DNA of 64,000 nucleotides from Spirulina sp. (GTDB taxonomy: Bacteria; Cyanobacteriota; Cyanobacteriia; Phormidesmidales; Phormidesmidaceae): positions 1 through 64,000 of the forward strand of contig JBIPSI010000003.1 of the NCBI GenBank assembly GCA_044070495.1, in the 5' to 3' direction. Positions 51,768-59,597 of the stretch are shown here, in pieces. How positions within the stretch are numbered: position 1 is the first letter of the stretch; each line of letters opens with the position of its first letter. The notes below the pieces were generated by a model that did no database searches, had not been told where the DNA came from, and saw only the letters and a program-made list of their open reading frames with translations. Made by a program: the position numbers and the translations under genes.

Positions 51768-53903
51768 TTAGAACAGCGCCAGGGTAAGCTGACCGAGCCT
51801 TGGGGAATGAGTGGGGCTGGGAACTGATTGGGCTTGAGCGGGCTTATCAACGGCAAGGAGCCAGGTTTGGGCCATGGTGCCAGAGGCTTTGAATGCGTCC
51901 GGCTCATTTTGCTCTTTCACCAGAACATTGGGTTCACTATCCAGCCACTCCCGAAAGGCTTGTGACATCCGGTCGGTTCTGAAGAAGGTAGCCGAAGATA
52001 GGATGGCCACCAGCCGCCCCCCTGGAGCCAGCAGGGAATCATAGGCATAGCGAATATGGCTGATGTCGCCTTGCCCTTCAAAGGGCGGATTCATGATGAT
52101 TCGCGTAGCGCGATCTTCGTCAGCGGGGCAATACTTCATGGAATCTGAGCCAACCACCTCGAACTCCCGAAGCTTCAAGATCTCCCGTAGGTCATAGTTG
52201 ATTTCCAGGGTTCGCAGGGTAGCCCTAGCTTGCTGCTCACGAACGGCCTGGAGAAGCGCTCCACCGCCGCCTTGGGGATCGAGCACAATATCATCGTCCC
52301 CCACATCTAGAAGGCTAGCCATCCGCTCAGCTAGGGGGGGTGGTGTCGGAAAGTAGCCCTGAATCTTACGATTCCCTACATGGGTCAGAAGGCGGTTAAG
52401 ACGCTCTTTTTCATAATCGATAACGACCCCATTCATTGTGATCGTTTTGAGCTGGCGCAGCAGGTCTGCAAGCTGATCGGCACTAAGGCTGAACCGACAC
52501 CGAAGGTCGGCATAATGATCCTGCTCCAGATTCTCCTGCGTAATGCCATAGGTGCGGATCACATGGTCGGTACCCCAGCCGTAGTCAGTCATGGCTGGAT
52601 GGTGTTGGGACTCCGCCTCAGTCATCTCGAAGTATTCGGCTAGACCAATGACCTGCTCAATGTCGGCCTTGCTGGTGATGACATCGAGACGCCCAGTCAA
52701 ACTACCCGTGTCACACTGATCCGCGATTGCTCGAAGAATGGCCTGAATGTGCTGGAGATGATAGCCACTCCGCCGCATGGCAGCGGCTTCCTCAGCCCGC
52801 TTGCGGGTATTGGTCAAACGGTCGGCCAGCTTGTGATCGATCTGGGCCTGCATCTTGTCGGCCATGGCCCGGAAGGATGTCGCTCGTTTGGTAAGACGCT
52901 CTGTCTGAGCCTTGCTGGCCTTTGGATTGGCTGGGGATGAAGCCAGGTGATGCTCCCCCTTGGCGCAATCATGGAGCAGCACTACGGCCTCAGCTACGAC
53001 CTCGGTATGGTTCCACCCTCGTCGGTTAACCCAATCGGTTACTTGGTCGTGGGCACCAGCGTACCCAGCAGATTCCACTAACCAGACTACTTGCGCTGTG
53101 GTGCGAAAGATCTGCTCAAGCACCTCTGCCCTAAGCGTCAACGGATTAGCACCAGATAGATACCAGAACGCCGCTCGACGAGCTTCCGTCAGACTTTCAA
53201 AGTAGCGATTGGGCCTACGTCCAACGTGGCGCAGCGGATTGTAACCCTTTCCGTCAATGATGAGACGATAACCGATGGTGCGATAACTGGCACTGCTGTT
53301 GACTGGCTGGACAGTGAACCAAAGGCCGTTGTACTCAAACTGTCCACCAATTAGCTTGCCGTTAGCATCCTCGGCCCGTTGAGCTTTTGGTTCCCGCGTG
53401 GCCTTGATGAAGTTTTGGAAGCTTTCCATGTCGCCTTCTAGCTGTTCTGGTGCGGGCTCTGGTTCCCGTAAATCAGTAACCGCGAGGGCCATCCTGGTGA
53501 GTTCGGACAGACGATCAAGGCCACCCCCAACCCTTTCAACGTCGTCTGTGTCGGCTAGGTAAGGCTTGCCGCAGCTCGTCGAGATTGGAGGGACATCCAC
53601 TCCCCACTTCGCGCACGTCGCTTCTAAGACTTGGCGGAATGTCGATTCGGAATAGTCGCGTTCTAGAAAGATGTAGCGGTTCCCTCCAGCCAGGATTTCA
53701 CCTGTAGCCGCATCCCGACGGATGCTTTCAAACTCCTGGGTAATGGCCTTCACGGCATCACCGCAGGGGCCATCAACCCACGCGATCCGGATGCTGGAGC
53801 CCCCGCTATAGGTCTGAGATCGAACGGAGAACTTGATGCCTGGAAACTGAGCTTTTAGCTTAGGTCGAATGTTTTGAGCAACCTCTGCTGCTGACATAGA
53901 CAT
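51768..53903 (-). CDS. LPD29-like domain fused to an amino-methyltransferase (polyvalent-type protein)
   Basis: N-terminal FPGIKFSVRS..YSGGSSI.I.W.DGP; C-terminal YFPTP, LDPQGGGG and MNPPF. Confidence 0.82.
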   Translation of the reverse strand: MSMSAAEVAQNIRPKLKAQFPGIKFSVRSQTYSGGSSIRIAWVDGPCGDAVKAITQEFESIRRDAATGEILAGGNRYIFLERDYSESTFRQVLEATCAKWGVDVPPISTSCGKPYLADTDDVERVGGGLDRLSELTRMALAVTDLREPEPAPEQLEGDMESFQNFIKATREPKAQRAEDANGKLIGGQFEYNGLWFTVQPVNSSASYRTIGYRLIIDGKGYNPLRHVGRRPNRYFESLTEARRAAFWYLSGANPLTLRAEVLEQIFRTTAQVVWLVESAGYAGAHDQVTDWVNRRGWNHTEVVAEAVVLLHDCAKGEHHLASSPANPKASKAQTERLTKRATSFRAMADKMQAQIDHKLADRLTNTRKRAEEAAAMRRSGYHLQHIQAILRAIADQCDTGSLTGRLDVITSKADIEQVIGLAEYFEMTEAESQHHPAMTDYGWGTDHVIRTYGITQENLEQDHYADLRCRFSLSADQLADLLRQLKTITMNGVVIDYEKERLNRLLTHVGNRKIQGYFPTPPPLAERMASLLDVGDDDIVLDPQGGGGALLQAVREQQARATLRTLEINYDLREILKLREFEVVGSDSMKYCPADEDRATRIIMNPPFEGQGDISHIRYAYDSLLAPGGRLVAILSSATFFRTDRMSQAFREWLDSEPNVLVKEQNEPDAFKASGTMAQTWLLAVDKPAQAQSVPSPTHSPRLGQLTLALF

Positions 53904-53906
53904 GAC

Positions 53907-53972
53907 GTGACCTCTTGCAATGAACTGAACCAGGCCAGGGGCGGGAATCGAACCCGCCCTACTCCTACTGGC
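53907..53972 (-). repeat. tRNA-like intergenic element, copy 3
   Basis: gccagtaggagtagggcgggttcgattcccgcccctggcctggttcagttcattgcaagaggtcac. Confidence 0.95.
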
Positions 53973-53974
53973 AA

Positions 53975-54133
53975 TTAACAGAAGCGCTCACACAGGTCGG
54001 CTTCCATCTCCTCGAACACGGTCTCTAGGTGTGCCCGTTCATCTCCCCAAGTCGCCTGGATTCTGTCCCACAGCGCATCGATGATGTCTTGAGCTTCTTG
54101 GCGAGTGGTGCAGTGGGAAATTCGGCTGGTCAT
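53975..54133 (-). CDS. Small acidic protein, 52 aa; first gene of operon P2
   Basis: ggagg RBS before MTSRISH. Confidence 0.65.
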   Translation of the reverse strand: MTSRISHCTTRQEAQDIIDALWDRIQATWGDERAHLETVFEEMEADLCERFC

Positions 54134-54255
54134 GGCTTGGGCCTCCGGTGATGGTTTTTTAACTACATTTATATAATACATCGGAGTCATTATAAAATGT
54201 AGTGTATTGCGAAAAGTTCATGCTGAAAAAGATTGCCCTATAAGGGTTTGAGGAT
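54134..54255 (-). promoter_or_regulatory. Repeated terminator/promoter module P2
   Basis: Identical 27-bp core at 54160-54186. Confidence 0.8.
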
Positions 54256-54275
54256 GGCCTTGTCTTGGCGCTGAG

Positions 54276-55436
54276 CTAAATTAGGGTAAGCTGAACGGTC
54301 TGTCCACTGAGTTGGCCCCAGGCCTTTTGGAAGTTTTTGGGGTGCTGGCATTTGTCCTGAGGTGCCCAGGGGCAAGCCACTAAGAATTCTTCGATGGCGG
54401 GATAGCCTGTGGCCCTGGTGTGGGTGTAGGCTCGGTACCACTCACCATCGAGGACGACTTCGGCTCCGGCATTGATGGCCATGATGTTTAGGGTCTGAAG
54501 CGCTCCCGCCTGATCCCCCGTCCAGACGGTACTCACATCACGGCGGGCATTAACCTGGGTGCGGGAGCTGGTGCCTGTGTTTGTGTAAATGCGCCGCACC
54601 CGATAGACAGCCCAGGGCGATGCCTGGAGCCAGTCCTGGTATAGGTGGATGGCATCGGTACAATGATTCGCCATGGCGGATTCCAGGGCGCTGCCCGTGC
54701 TGAGAAGATGCATTCTTGGATTGAAGGCCATCCCAAAGCCAGCAACCCACAGTGCCTCTGCCCCATAGAGCGGTTCCCGTTTCCATCGTTCGCAGGCTTC
54801 AAAGTCGGGTTGGAACGGACAGAAGTAGCAGCAACTCTTAGGCCACTTCACCCCGAAGGTTTGCTGTAGGTATTCGACGCAGCGTTCGCGGCCCCAGCCC
54901 CACTCGATCAAGGGATAGAAGTAGCTAGCGCTGCGACAGCCATAGTCATTGGATTTAGCCGCTCGCTTTAGCTCGTCGGCGTTGTAGCCGATGGCTGGAC
55001 CAATCGCCCCGGCAATGTGGTCGCCAATCCACGGATCAAGCACGTCCCCCTTCCACCGGATCGCACAAATGTGGGGTCGCCCTAGCCGAGGCACCGTACC
55101 CGCGCCCACCAAATTTTGAGAGAGTCGGTAGTCACCTTCGATATAGCAGGTTTGGGTTTCTCTGGAGTCCGACAGGACAGTGTAGCCGTCGGCCTTAGCT
55201 GGTCCGCCTTTAGCAACCTGCACAAAACGGATGCCGTGTGTTCTCAGGAGCGGTAGGACGTAGGTCTCTACCATGATCTTTGTGCTCCAGAACTCGTCGC
55301 CTGTTTGGGCAGTGAGCACGACCAGGTCATCGAGAGACTCGAAGGGACGAGTTTCCGGCTCCAGTATCCACCTTGCCAGGATGGTGGTCGAGTCTACCCC
55401 CATGCCGTAATTGAGTAGCCATGTTTTGCGTTCCAT
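54276..55436 (-). CDS. PAPS-reductase-like PP-loop protein
   Basis: NYGMGVDST PP-loop variant, IGYNADE, YPLIEWGW and KSCCYFCPF motifs. Confidence 0.75.
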   Translation of the reverse strand: MERKTWLLNYGMGVDSTTILARWILEPETRPFESLDDLVVLTAQTGDEFWSTKIMVETYVLPLLRTHGIRFVQVAKGGPAKADGYTVLSDSRETQTCYIEGDYRLSQNLVGAGTVPRLGRPHICAIRWKGDVLDPWIGDHIAGAIGPAIGYNADELKRAAKSNDYGCRSASYFYPLIEWGWGRERCVEYLQQTFGVKWPKSCCYFCPFQPDFEACERWKREPLYGAEALWVAGFGMAFNPRMHLLSTGSALESAMANHCTDAIHLYQDWLQASPWAVYRVRRIYTNTGTSSRTQVNARRDVSTVWTGDQAGALQTLNIMAINAGAEVVLDGEWYRAYTHTRATGYPAIEEFLVACPWAPQDKCQHPKNFQKAWGQLSGQTVQLTLI

Positions 55437-55454
55437 TGCCCTGAATCCTTTGGG

Positions 55455-55811
55455 TTAGCAGATCTCGATTGCGCCTTCGTATCCCTGAACGGAAACAGGG
55501 TCGAGCATGATGGTGTCCCAGATTTCGATGCGGGGTGAAGGGTCGTCCCACAAAACGGCAACGGCGTTGCCATTTTGCAAAACCTCAACGACCCCACCCT
55601 CGCCACCCCCCGGTTCGCAAAACCGCACTCGGTCGCCAAACTGGGGTCGCCACGGAATCAGCAGATATTCCTCTCGCTCCCACTCAGGGGCTACCTCGTC
55701 GTACTGCTCCTGGGTGAGGCTGGCGGAGCCGTGAAGTTCCATGCCCTCGCCATCAACCAAGATGTAGATGCGCTGTTTCTGGTGGATGCGATCAAAGGAT
55801 GCGTCCGTCAT
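55455..55811 (-). CDS. Hypothetical acidic protein, 118 aa
   Basis: gaggtcac RBS motif; SH3-like GDRV...G.V...V.WD segment. Confidence 0.65.
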   Translation of the reverse strand: MTDASFDRIHQKQRIYILVDGEGMELHGSASLTQEQYDEVAPEWEREEYLLIPWRPQFGDRVRFCEPGGGEGGVVEVLQNGNAVAVLWDDPSPRIEIWDTIMLDPVSVQGYEGAIEIC

Positions 55812-55814
55812 GGT

Positions 55815-55880
55815 GTGACCTCTTGGAATGAACTGAACCAGGCCAGGGACGGGAATCGAACCCGCCCTACTCCCACTGGC
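55815..55880 (-). repeat. tRNA-like intergenic element, copy 4
   Basis: gccagtgggagtagggcgggttcgattcccgtccctggcctggttcagttcattccaagaggtcac. Confidence 0.95.
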
Positions 55881-55938
55881 GATGACACGTTAATTGAGCG
55901 AGTGTGGAATGGCCAGGGCCGTCCCTGGCCAATGTGCT

Positions 55939-56823
55939 TTAGTGCAGGGTTTTGAGGTAAGCGATCGCCTGGTTAGCGGCGTTGAGGCTGGCCGGGTTGA
56001 GTTGTCGCTGCCAAGCGCCCTCGCTACGTGCCCAGAGAAAACCCAGAACGTGACGGAGGTGCTGCCGCACGTCTTGAGATGGCTTCTCGTCAAACACAAG
56101 CTGCACCCGATTCAGGACGTGGTTGCGAACCACGGTCAGACCCAGATCGTCATAGCGGGTTTCATGGCTCTCGCCGTCCTCCGCGATGGCATCGTGCTGC
56201 CGCCGTACCGCTTCAATGCGGGCTTTGATCCGCCGAATGTTTGCGCCGTTATTTTTTAGGGCGTAGTCGGGAAAGCCGATCCGACCACAAAAGTCAGGAG
56301 TCAGCAGTTGTGCGGCCATCTGCTCGGAGACATCCAGCGCACTGGCCAACTTCCGAACTTTTTCCTCGGTCTCTACCTGAAGCTTGGCGACTTTACGAAC
56401 CTGGGCATTTGCCCGCTTCATCTCTGCCTGCCGGATTTCCAAGGCTTCCAGCTTGACCTGAAGTTGTTCGATGGCATGCGGGTCATCGCTACTGATGGCC
56501 TGGTTCCTGAGGGCAGCGGTGTGCTTCTCGCGCAATGCCTTCGCCTGATCGGTGGCGGCACAGGCTTTGTCCATCGCTGCCCACATACGCTTCTGATCCC
56601 GGCGAGCCCGACCTTCGGAGTGGTGGCCGACCAAGATGGGCTGGCCACCTGCAAACCGCTGGCCGATTTCCTGGGCCTGCTTATGCTGAGCTGCGGCCTC
56701 GCTCTCAGCCTTTTGGATGCCGGATTCAAGGCGTTCAATCCGGTGCTCTTTGCGATCATCTGTCACCTGTCGGCGCTGTTCCAGAACGTCCTGGATGTCT
56801 TGGGAGCGGTTATCGTCTGTCAT
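55939..56823 (-). CDS. DUF3560 domain protein
   Basis: GQPILVGHHSEGRARRD, ISSDDP.AI..L and NNGANIRR motifs. Confidence 0.85.
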   Translation of the reverse strand: MTDDNRSQDIQDVLEQRRQVTDDRKEHRIERLESGIQKAESEAAAQHKQAQEIGQRFAGGQPILVGHHSEGRARRDQKRMWAAMDKACAATDQAKALREKHTAALRNQAISSDDPHAIEQLQVKLEALEIRQAEMKRANAQVRKVAKLQVETEEKVRKLASALDVSEQMAAQLLTPDFCGRIGFPDYALKNNGANIRRIKARIEAVRRQHDAIAEDGESHETRYDDLGLTVVRNHVLNRVQLVFDEKPSQDVRQHLRHVLGFLWARSEGAWQRQLNPASLNAANQAIAYLKTLH

Positions 56824-56826
56824 GAT

Positions 56827-56895
56827 GTGACCTCTTGTGAACTGAACTCGAACCAAGCCAGGGGCGGGAGTCGAACCCGCCCTACTCCCACTGGC
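56827..56895 (-). repeat. tRNA-like intergenic element, copy 5
   Basis: gccagtgggagtagggcgggttcgactcccgcccctggcttggttcgagttcagttcacaagaggtcac. Confidence 0.95.
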
Positions 56896-56897
56896 AA

Positions 56898-57629
56898 TTA
56901 CATGTCGCTGCCACTGCCAGCCCATAGATTGGTGGACTGCCGTAGGCTCCTGTAGTCGCCATTGCCGAGGATGAGGTGATCTAGGATGCTTAGGCTGAGG
57001 GTTTGACCCGCCTGAATAAACAACCGGGTTAGGCTGATGTCTTCAAGACTGGGGTCAAGACTGCCGCTGGGATGGTTGTGGGCGATGATGGCGCGGGTAG
57101 CCCCGACCCGCAGGAGCCACCCAAAAATTTCCTTAGGGTCGGCAATGCACTCCGTTTTGGTGCCCTGGGCAACGACGCTGTAACCAATCACCCGCCCCTT
57201 AATATCGAGGGCGATCACGGCAAAGCGCTCCAGAGCTTGCCACATCAAATCCGAGGCCAAGAGGGTAGCGGCGATGGCCGGATCGTCGATGATCGGCTGC
57301 TGCTTTTTAGGGGATTCTAGGTAAGTTCTTCGACCAATCTCAATGGCAGCTTGAAGCTTAATGATCTGCTTTTCGGTCAAGCCTGCCTCCTTCATCTCTA
57401 GCGGGCCTGACTGGCGTAGGCGCTGCCAGGAGGCAGACTCATCGAACAGGTTTTGCTGGAAGCAGATTTTATCGATAACTTGCTGAGCTTTGTCCTCCCC
57501 AATGCCTAGAATCGTCACCAGGAGATCAGCAACGGTAGCGCTCCTAGGGTTGTTGTAGCAGCGGGCCGCTGAGAGCGCTTCGTCTTTTACCATCCAGCAA
57601 TCTTGGTTTTCAGAAAATAGAACAGGCAT
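56898..57629 (-). CDS. radC: RadC/JAB domain protein
   Basis: AHNHPSG...PS.ED and ILDHLI motifs. Confidence 0.9.
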   Translation of the reverse strand: MPVLFSENQDCWMVKDEALSAARCYNNPRSATVADLLVTILGIGEDKAQQVIDKICFQQNLFDESASWQRLRQSGPLEMKEAGLTEKQIIKLQAAIEIGRRTYLESPKKQQPIIDDPAIAATLLASDLMWQALERFAVIALDIKGRVIGYSVVAQGTKTECIADPKEIFGWLLRVGATRAIIAHNHPSGSLDPSLEDISLTRLFIQAGQTLSLSILDHLILGNGDYRSLRQSTNLWAGSGSDM

Positions 57630-57632
57630 GAT

Positions 57633-57698
57633 GTGACCTCTGAACATGAACTGAAACAGGCCAGGGGCGGGAGTCGAACCCACCCTGCTCCAACTGGC
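57633..57698 (-). repeat. tRNA-like intergenic element, copy 6
   Basis: gccagttggagcagggtgggttcgactcccgcccctggcctgtttcagttcatgttcagaggtcac. Confidence 0.95.
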
Positions 57699-58670
57699 TT
57701 ATTGAGCGAGATGGCGGATCTGCTGGTCGGAAACCTGCTGTTTGAGTAGGTTGACGGCCTCCATGACACCCTCCAGGAGGGACAGGATTTGGTCGCATCG
57801 TCCTTCCGTGAGTTCTTCCAGTTGTCCAGGTGTCATCGTGATGGCAGTGATGGCTTGGCCAGCGCTCTTAACCTGGCCTTCCAGCTTTAGCCATCGCTTC
57901 ACCACGGTGGGGTCTTCAATGTCGAACCCAAACCCGGCCTGCTCAACTTCGGGAGCATTCAGGACAGCTACGGCCCGCTTGAGCCGATCATGGGAGTTGT
58001 CGATCTTGCCCGTGCGGATCATGTCCCACAGCTTTTGCTGCCTCTCAGGCACCACCTGAGTCATGTAGAACGCTTGCAGCTTGGTCAGATCTCCGCGATT
58101 GAACGCTTCCTGAGCATCGGGGCAGAGTTGCAGGAGGGCCAACCGCTCGTTGATCCGAAAGACCTCTTTGCCCAGGAATTTAGCTAGCTCCTTCTTGTCT
58201 GCGAAGTAACCCTCATCCAGCATGTACTGGTAGCCCAGGGCTTCTTCCATGGGTGTCATGTCCTTGCGGGCCAGGTTTTCGAGCATGGCCAAGGCCATGA
58301 TGATCGAGTCTGGCACTGGCGATCCATCCACACAGCCCGTTTCGAGGCAGGCCACTTCAACCAGTTCAGCGAGGGCACAGGCCCGCCACCGCCGCTCACC
58401 TGCAATGATCATGCCGTTCGGGGTAATCGTGATGGGCTGAAGTAAATTGTTCTCGCGGATACTTCCGGCTAGCTCGGCCAGAGCTTCGCGGTCGAAATGC
58501 TTGCGCGGTTGATCCGGGTTAGGGAACACATCGCTGTGCTGCTTGGTTTTGAGCTGCTGATAGATTTCAATGCCTTTGACCTTGAAATAACGGGCACCGA
58601 CTCGGCGGGGCTTTTTAGATTCCGCAGGCTTTTTCGCCCTAGGTTGTCGAACCTTGGCTGACGCTGTCAT
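57699..58670 (-). CDS. ParB/Spo0J family protein
   Basis: PNPDQPRKHF, LLQPI, IIAGERRWRA and ENL.R.D..PMEEA motifs. Confidence 0.92.
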   Translation of the reverse strand: MTASAKVRQPRAKKPAESKKPRRVGARYFKVKGIEIYQQLKTKQHSDVFPNPDQPRKHFDREALAELAGSIRENNLLQPITITPNGMIIAGERRWRACALAELVEVACLETGCVDGSPVPDSIIMALAMLENLARKDMTPMEEALGYQYMLDEGYFADKKELAKFLGKEVFRINERLALLQLCPDAQEAFNRGDLTKLQAFYMTQVVPERQQKLWDMIRTGKIDNSHDRLKRAVAVLNAPEVEQAGFGFDIEDPTVVKRWLKLEGQVKSAGQAITAITMTPGQLEELTEGRCDQILSLLEGVMEAVNLLKQQVSDQQIRHLAQ

Positions 58671-58673
58671 GGC

Positions 58674-58739
58674 GTGACCTCTTGAAATGAACTGAACCAG
58701 GCCAGGGGCGGGAGTCGAACCCGCCCTACTCCCACTGGC
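58674..58739 (-). repeat. tRNA-like intergenic element, copy 7
   Basis: gccagtgggagtagggcgggttcgactcccgcccctggcctggttcagttcatttcaagaggtcac. Confidence 0.95.
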
Positions 58740-58741
58740 AA

Positions 58742-58936
58742 TTAACCGAGAACTCGAACTTCGATAACGTCTTGCCCCTTGAAGGCTTTACGGCAAGCGG
58801 CCTTGGCTGCGGTGAAGGTGCCGTTAAAGTCAAACTCAACGTTGCCATCAAACGTTTGAACGACGAACATCCAGAAGCCTTGCCCTTTGGGCTGGCGGAG
58901 ATAAGTGCTGAAAAAGTCGGACGTGTTGAAAGGCAT
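58742..58936 (-). CDS. Small protein, 64 aa; first gene of operon P3
   Basis: gagg RBS; PKGQGFWMF...GTFTAAK motif. Confidence 0.7.
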   Translation of the reverse strand: MPFNTSDFFSTYLRQPKGQGFWMFVVQTFDGNVEFDFNGTFTAAKAACRKAFKGQDVIEVRVLG

Positions 58937-59067
58937 GGTTTGGGCCTCTTTTGGGTGGTTTTTAACTACATTTATATAATACATCGGAGCCGTCTTAAAG
59001 TACAGTGTATTGCGTAAAGTTAATACTGAAAAAGCCCGTCCTGCAAGGGTTTTGCGGGACGGGCTTT
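58937..59067 (-). promoter_or_regulatory. Repeated terminator/promoter module P3
   Basis: Core at 58963-58989; strong hairpin aaagcccgtcctgcaa/ttgcgggacgggcttt at 59031-59067. Confidence 0.8.
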
Positions 59068-59084
59068 AGTTGAGTGCGGGATAT

Positions 59085-59597
59085 TCAGAATAGGCTGAGT
59101 TGGGTTTTCGCCTCCCTTAGCTGAGTCTCGATGTCTCGGCCAATTGTGGCTTCAAACAGTTGGCCTGTGCTTTGTTCCCATCCTGGGCAGGTAACAATCT
59201 CGCCGTCCTGGGTGCGGAAGCCTTCGGGCACCTCGATGCCTAGCTCGGACTCTAGCCAGTTGGCGGCAAGCCGTCGATGGCAAAAGTCGGTGGGTTTCTC
59301 GAAGCAAAGCAGGATGGGCCGAACCGTGGCGACCTCTGATTCTGGTAGACCTAGGCTGCGGGCCTGTTCCTGGGCGATGTGGCATAAATCTTGATACACC
59401 TGCTGAGCATCTAGCCCTTGCAGAATTTCCATGTAGAGCGGGATGTACTCTTCGACAGAGGCCGACCGATACCAGGGGCCAGGGGCCAGGGCGCGGTAGC
59501 TGGGATACTTGCCATTGGCCCAGCGGGGCTGACTCCGACTGATGCAGATTGCGCCAGGGGTGGCAGGTGGTGTCTTGCCGTAATAACTCGTCAACAT
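59085..59597 (-). CDS. DUF488-family protein
   Basis: TSYY...ISRSQP.W...LAP...LLCFEKP..FCHRRL motif; ends QLSLF. Confidence 0.8.
   Translation of the reverse strand: MLTSYYGKTPPATPGAICISRSQPRWANGKYPSYRALAPGPWYRSASVEEYIPLYMEILQGLDAQQVYQDLCHIAQEQARSLGLPESEVATVRPILLCFEKPTDFCHRRLAANWLESELGIEVPEGFRTQDGEIVTCPGWEQSTGQLFEATIGRDIETQLREAKTQLSLF

Noticed and set aside
54134..54190. Shared peptides MYYINVVK and GSTPAPGL at the starts of several ORFs
   Set aside because: These are read-through of the non-coding promoter and tRNA-like repeats; RBS-supported starts lie downstream.
41707..58739. tRNA-like repeats as true tRNA genes or att-site relics of tRNA-Arg
   Set aside because: They have no D arm, anticodon arm or CCA, and their sequence differs from the 3' end of the tRNA-Arg at 39552.
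41707..58739. Repeats as integron attC sites or a CRISPR array
   Set aside because: No RYYYAAC/GTTRRRY core pair is visible, the spacers are whole genes of variable length, and no cas gene is present.
41707..58739. Repeats as intrinsic terminators
   Set aside because: No U-tract follows the hairpin, and the downstream genes have no room for their own promoters.
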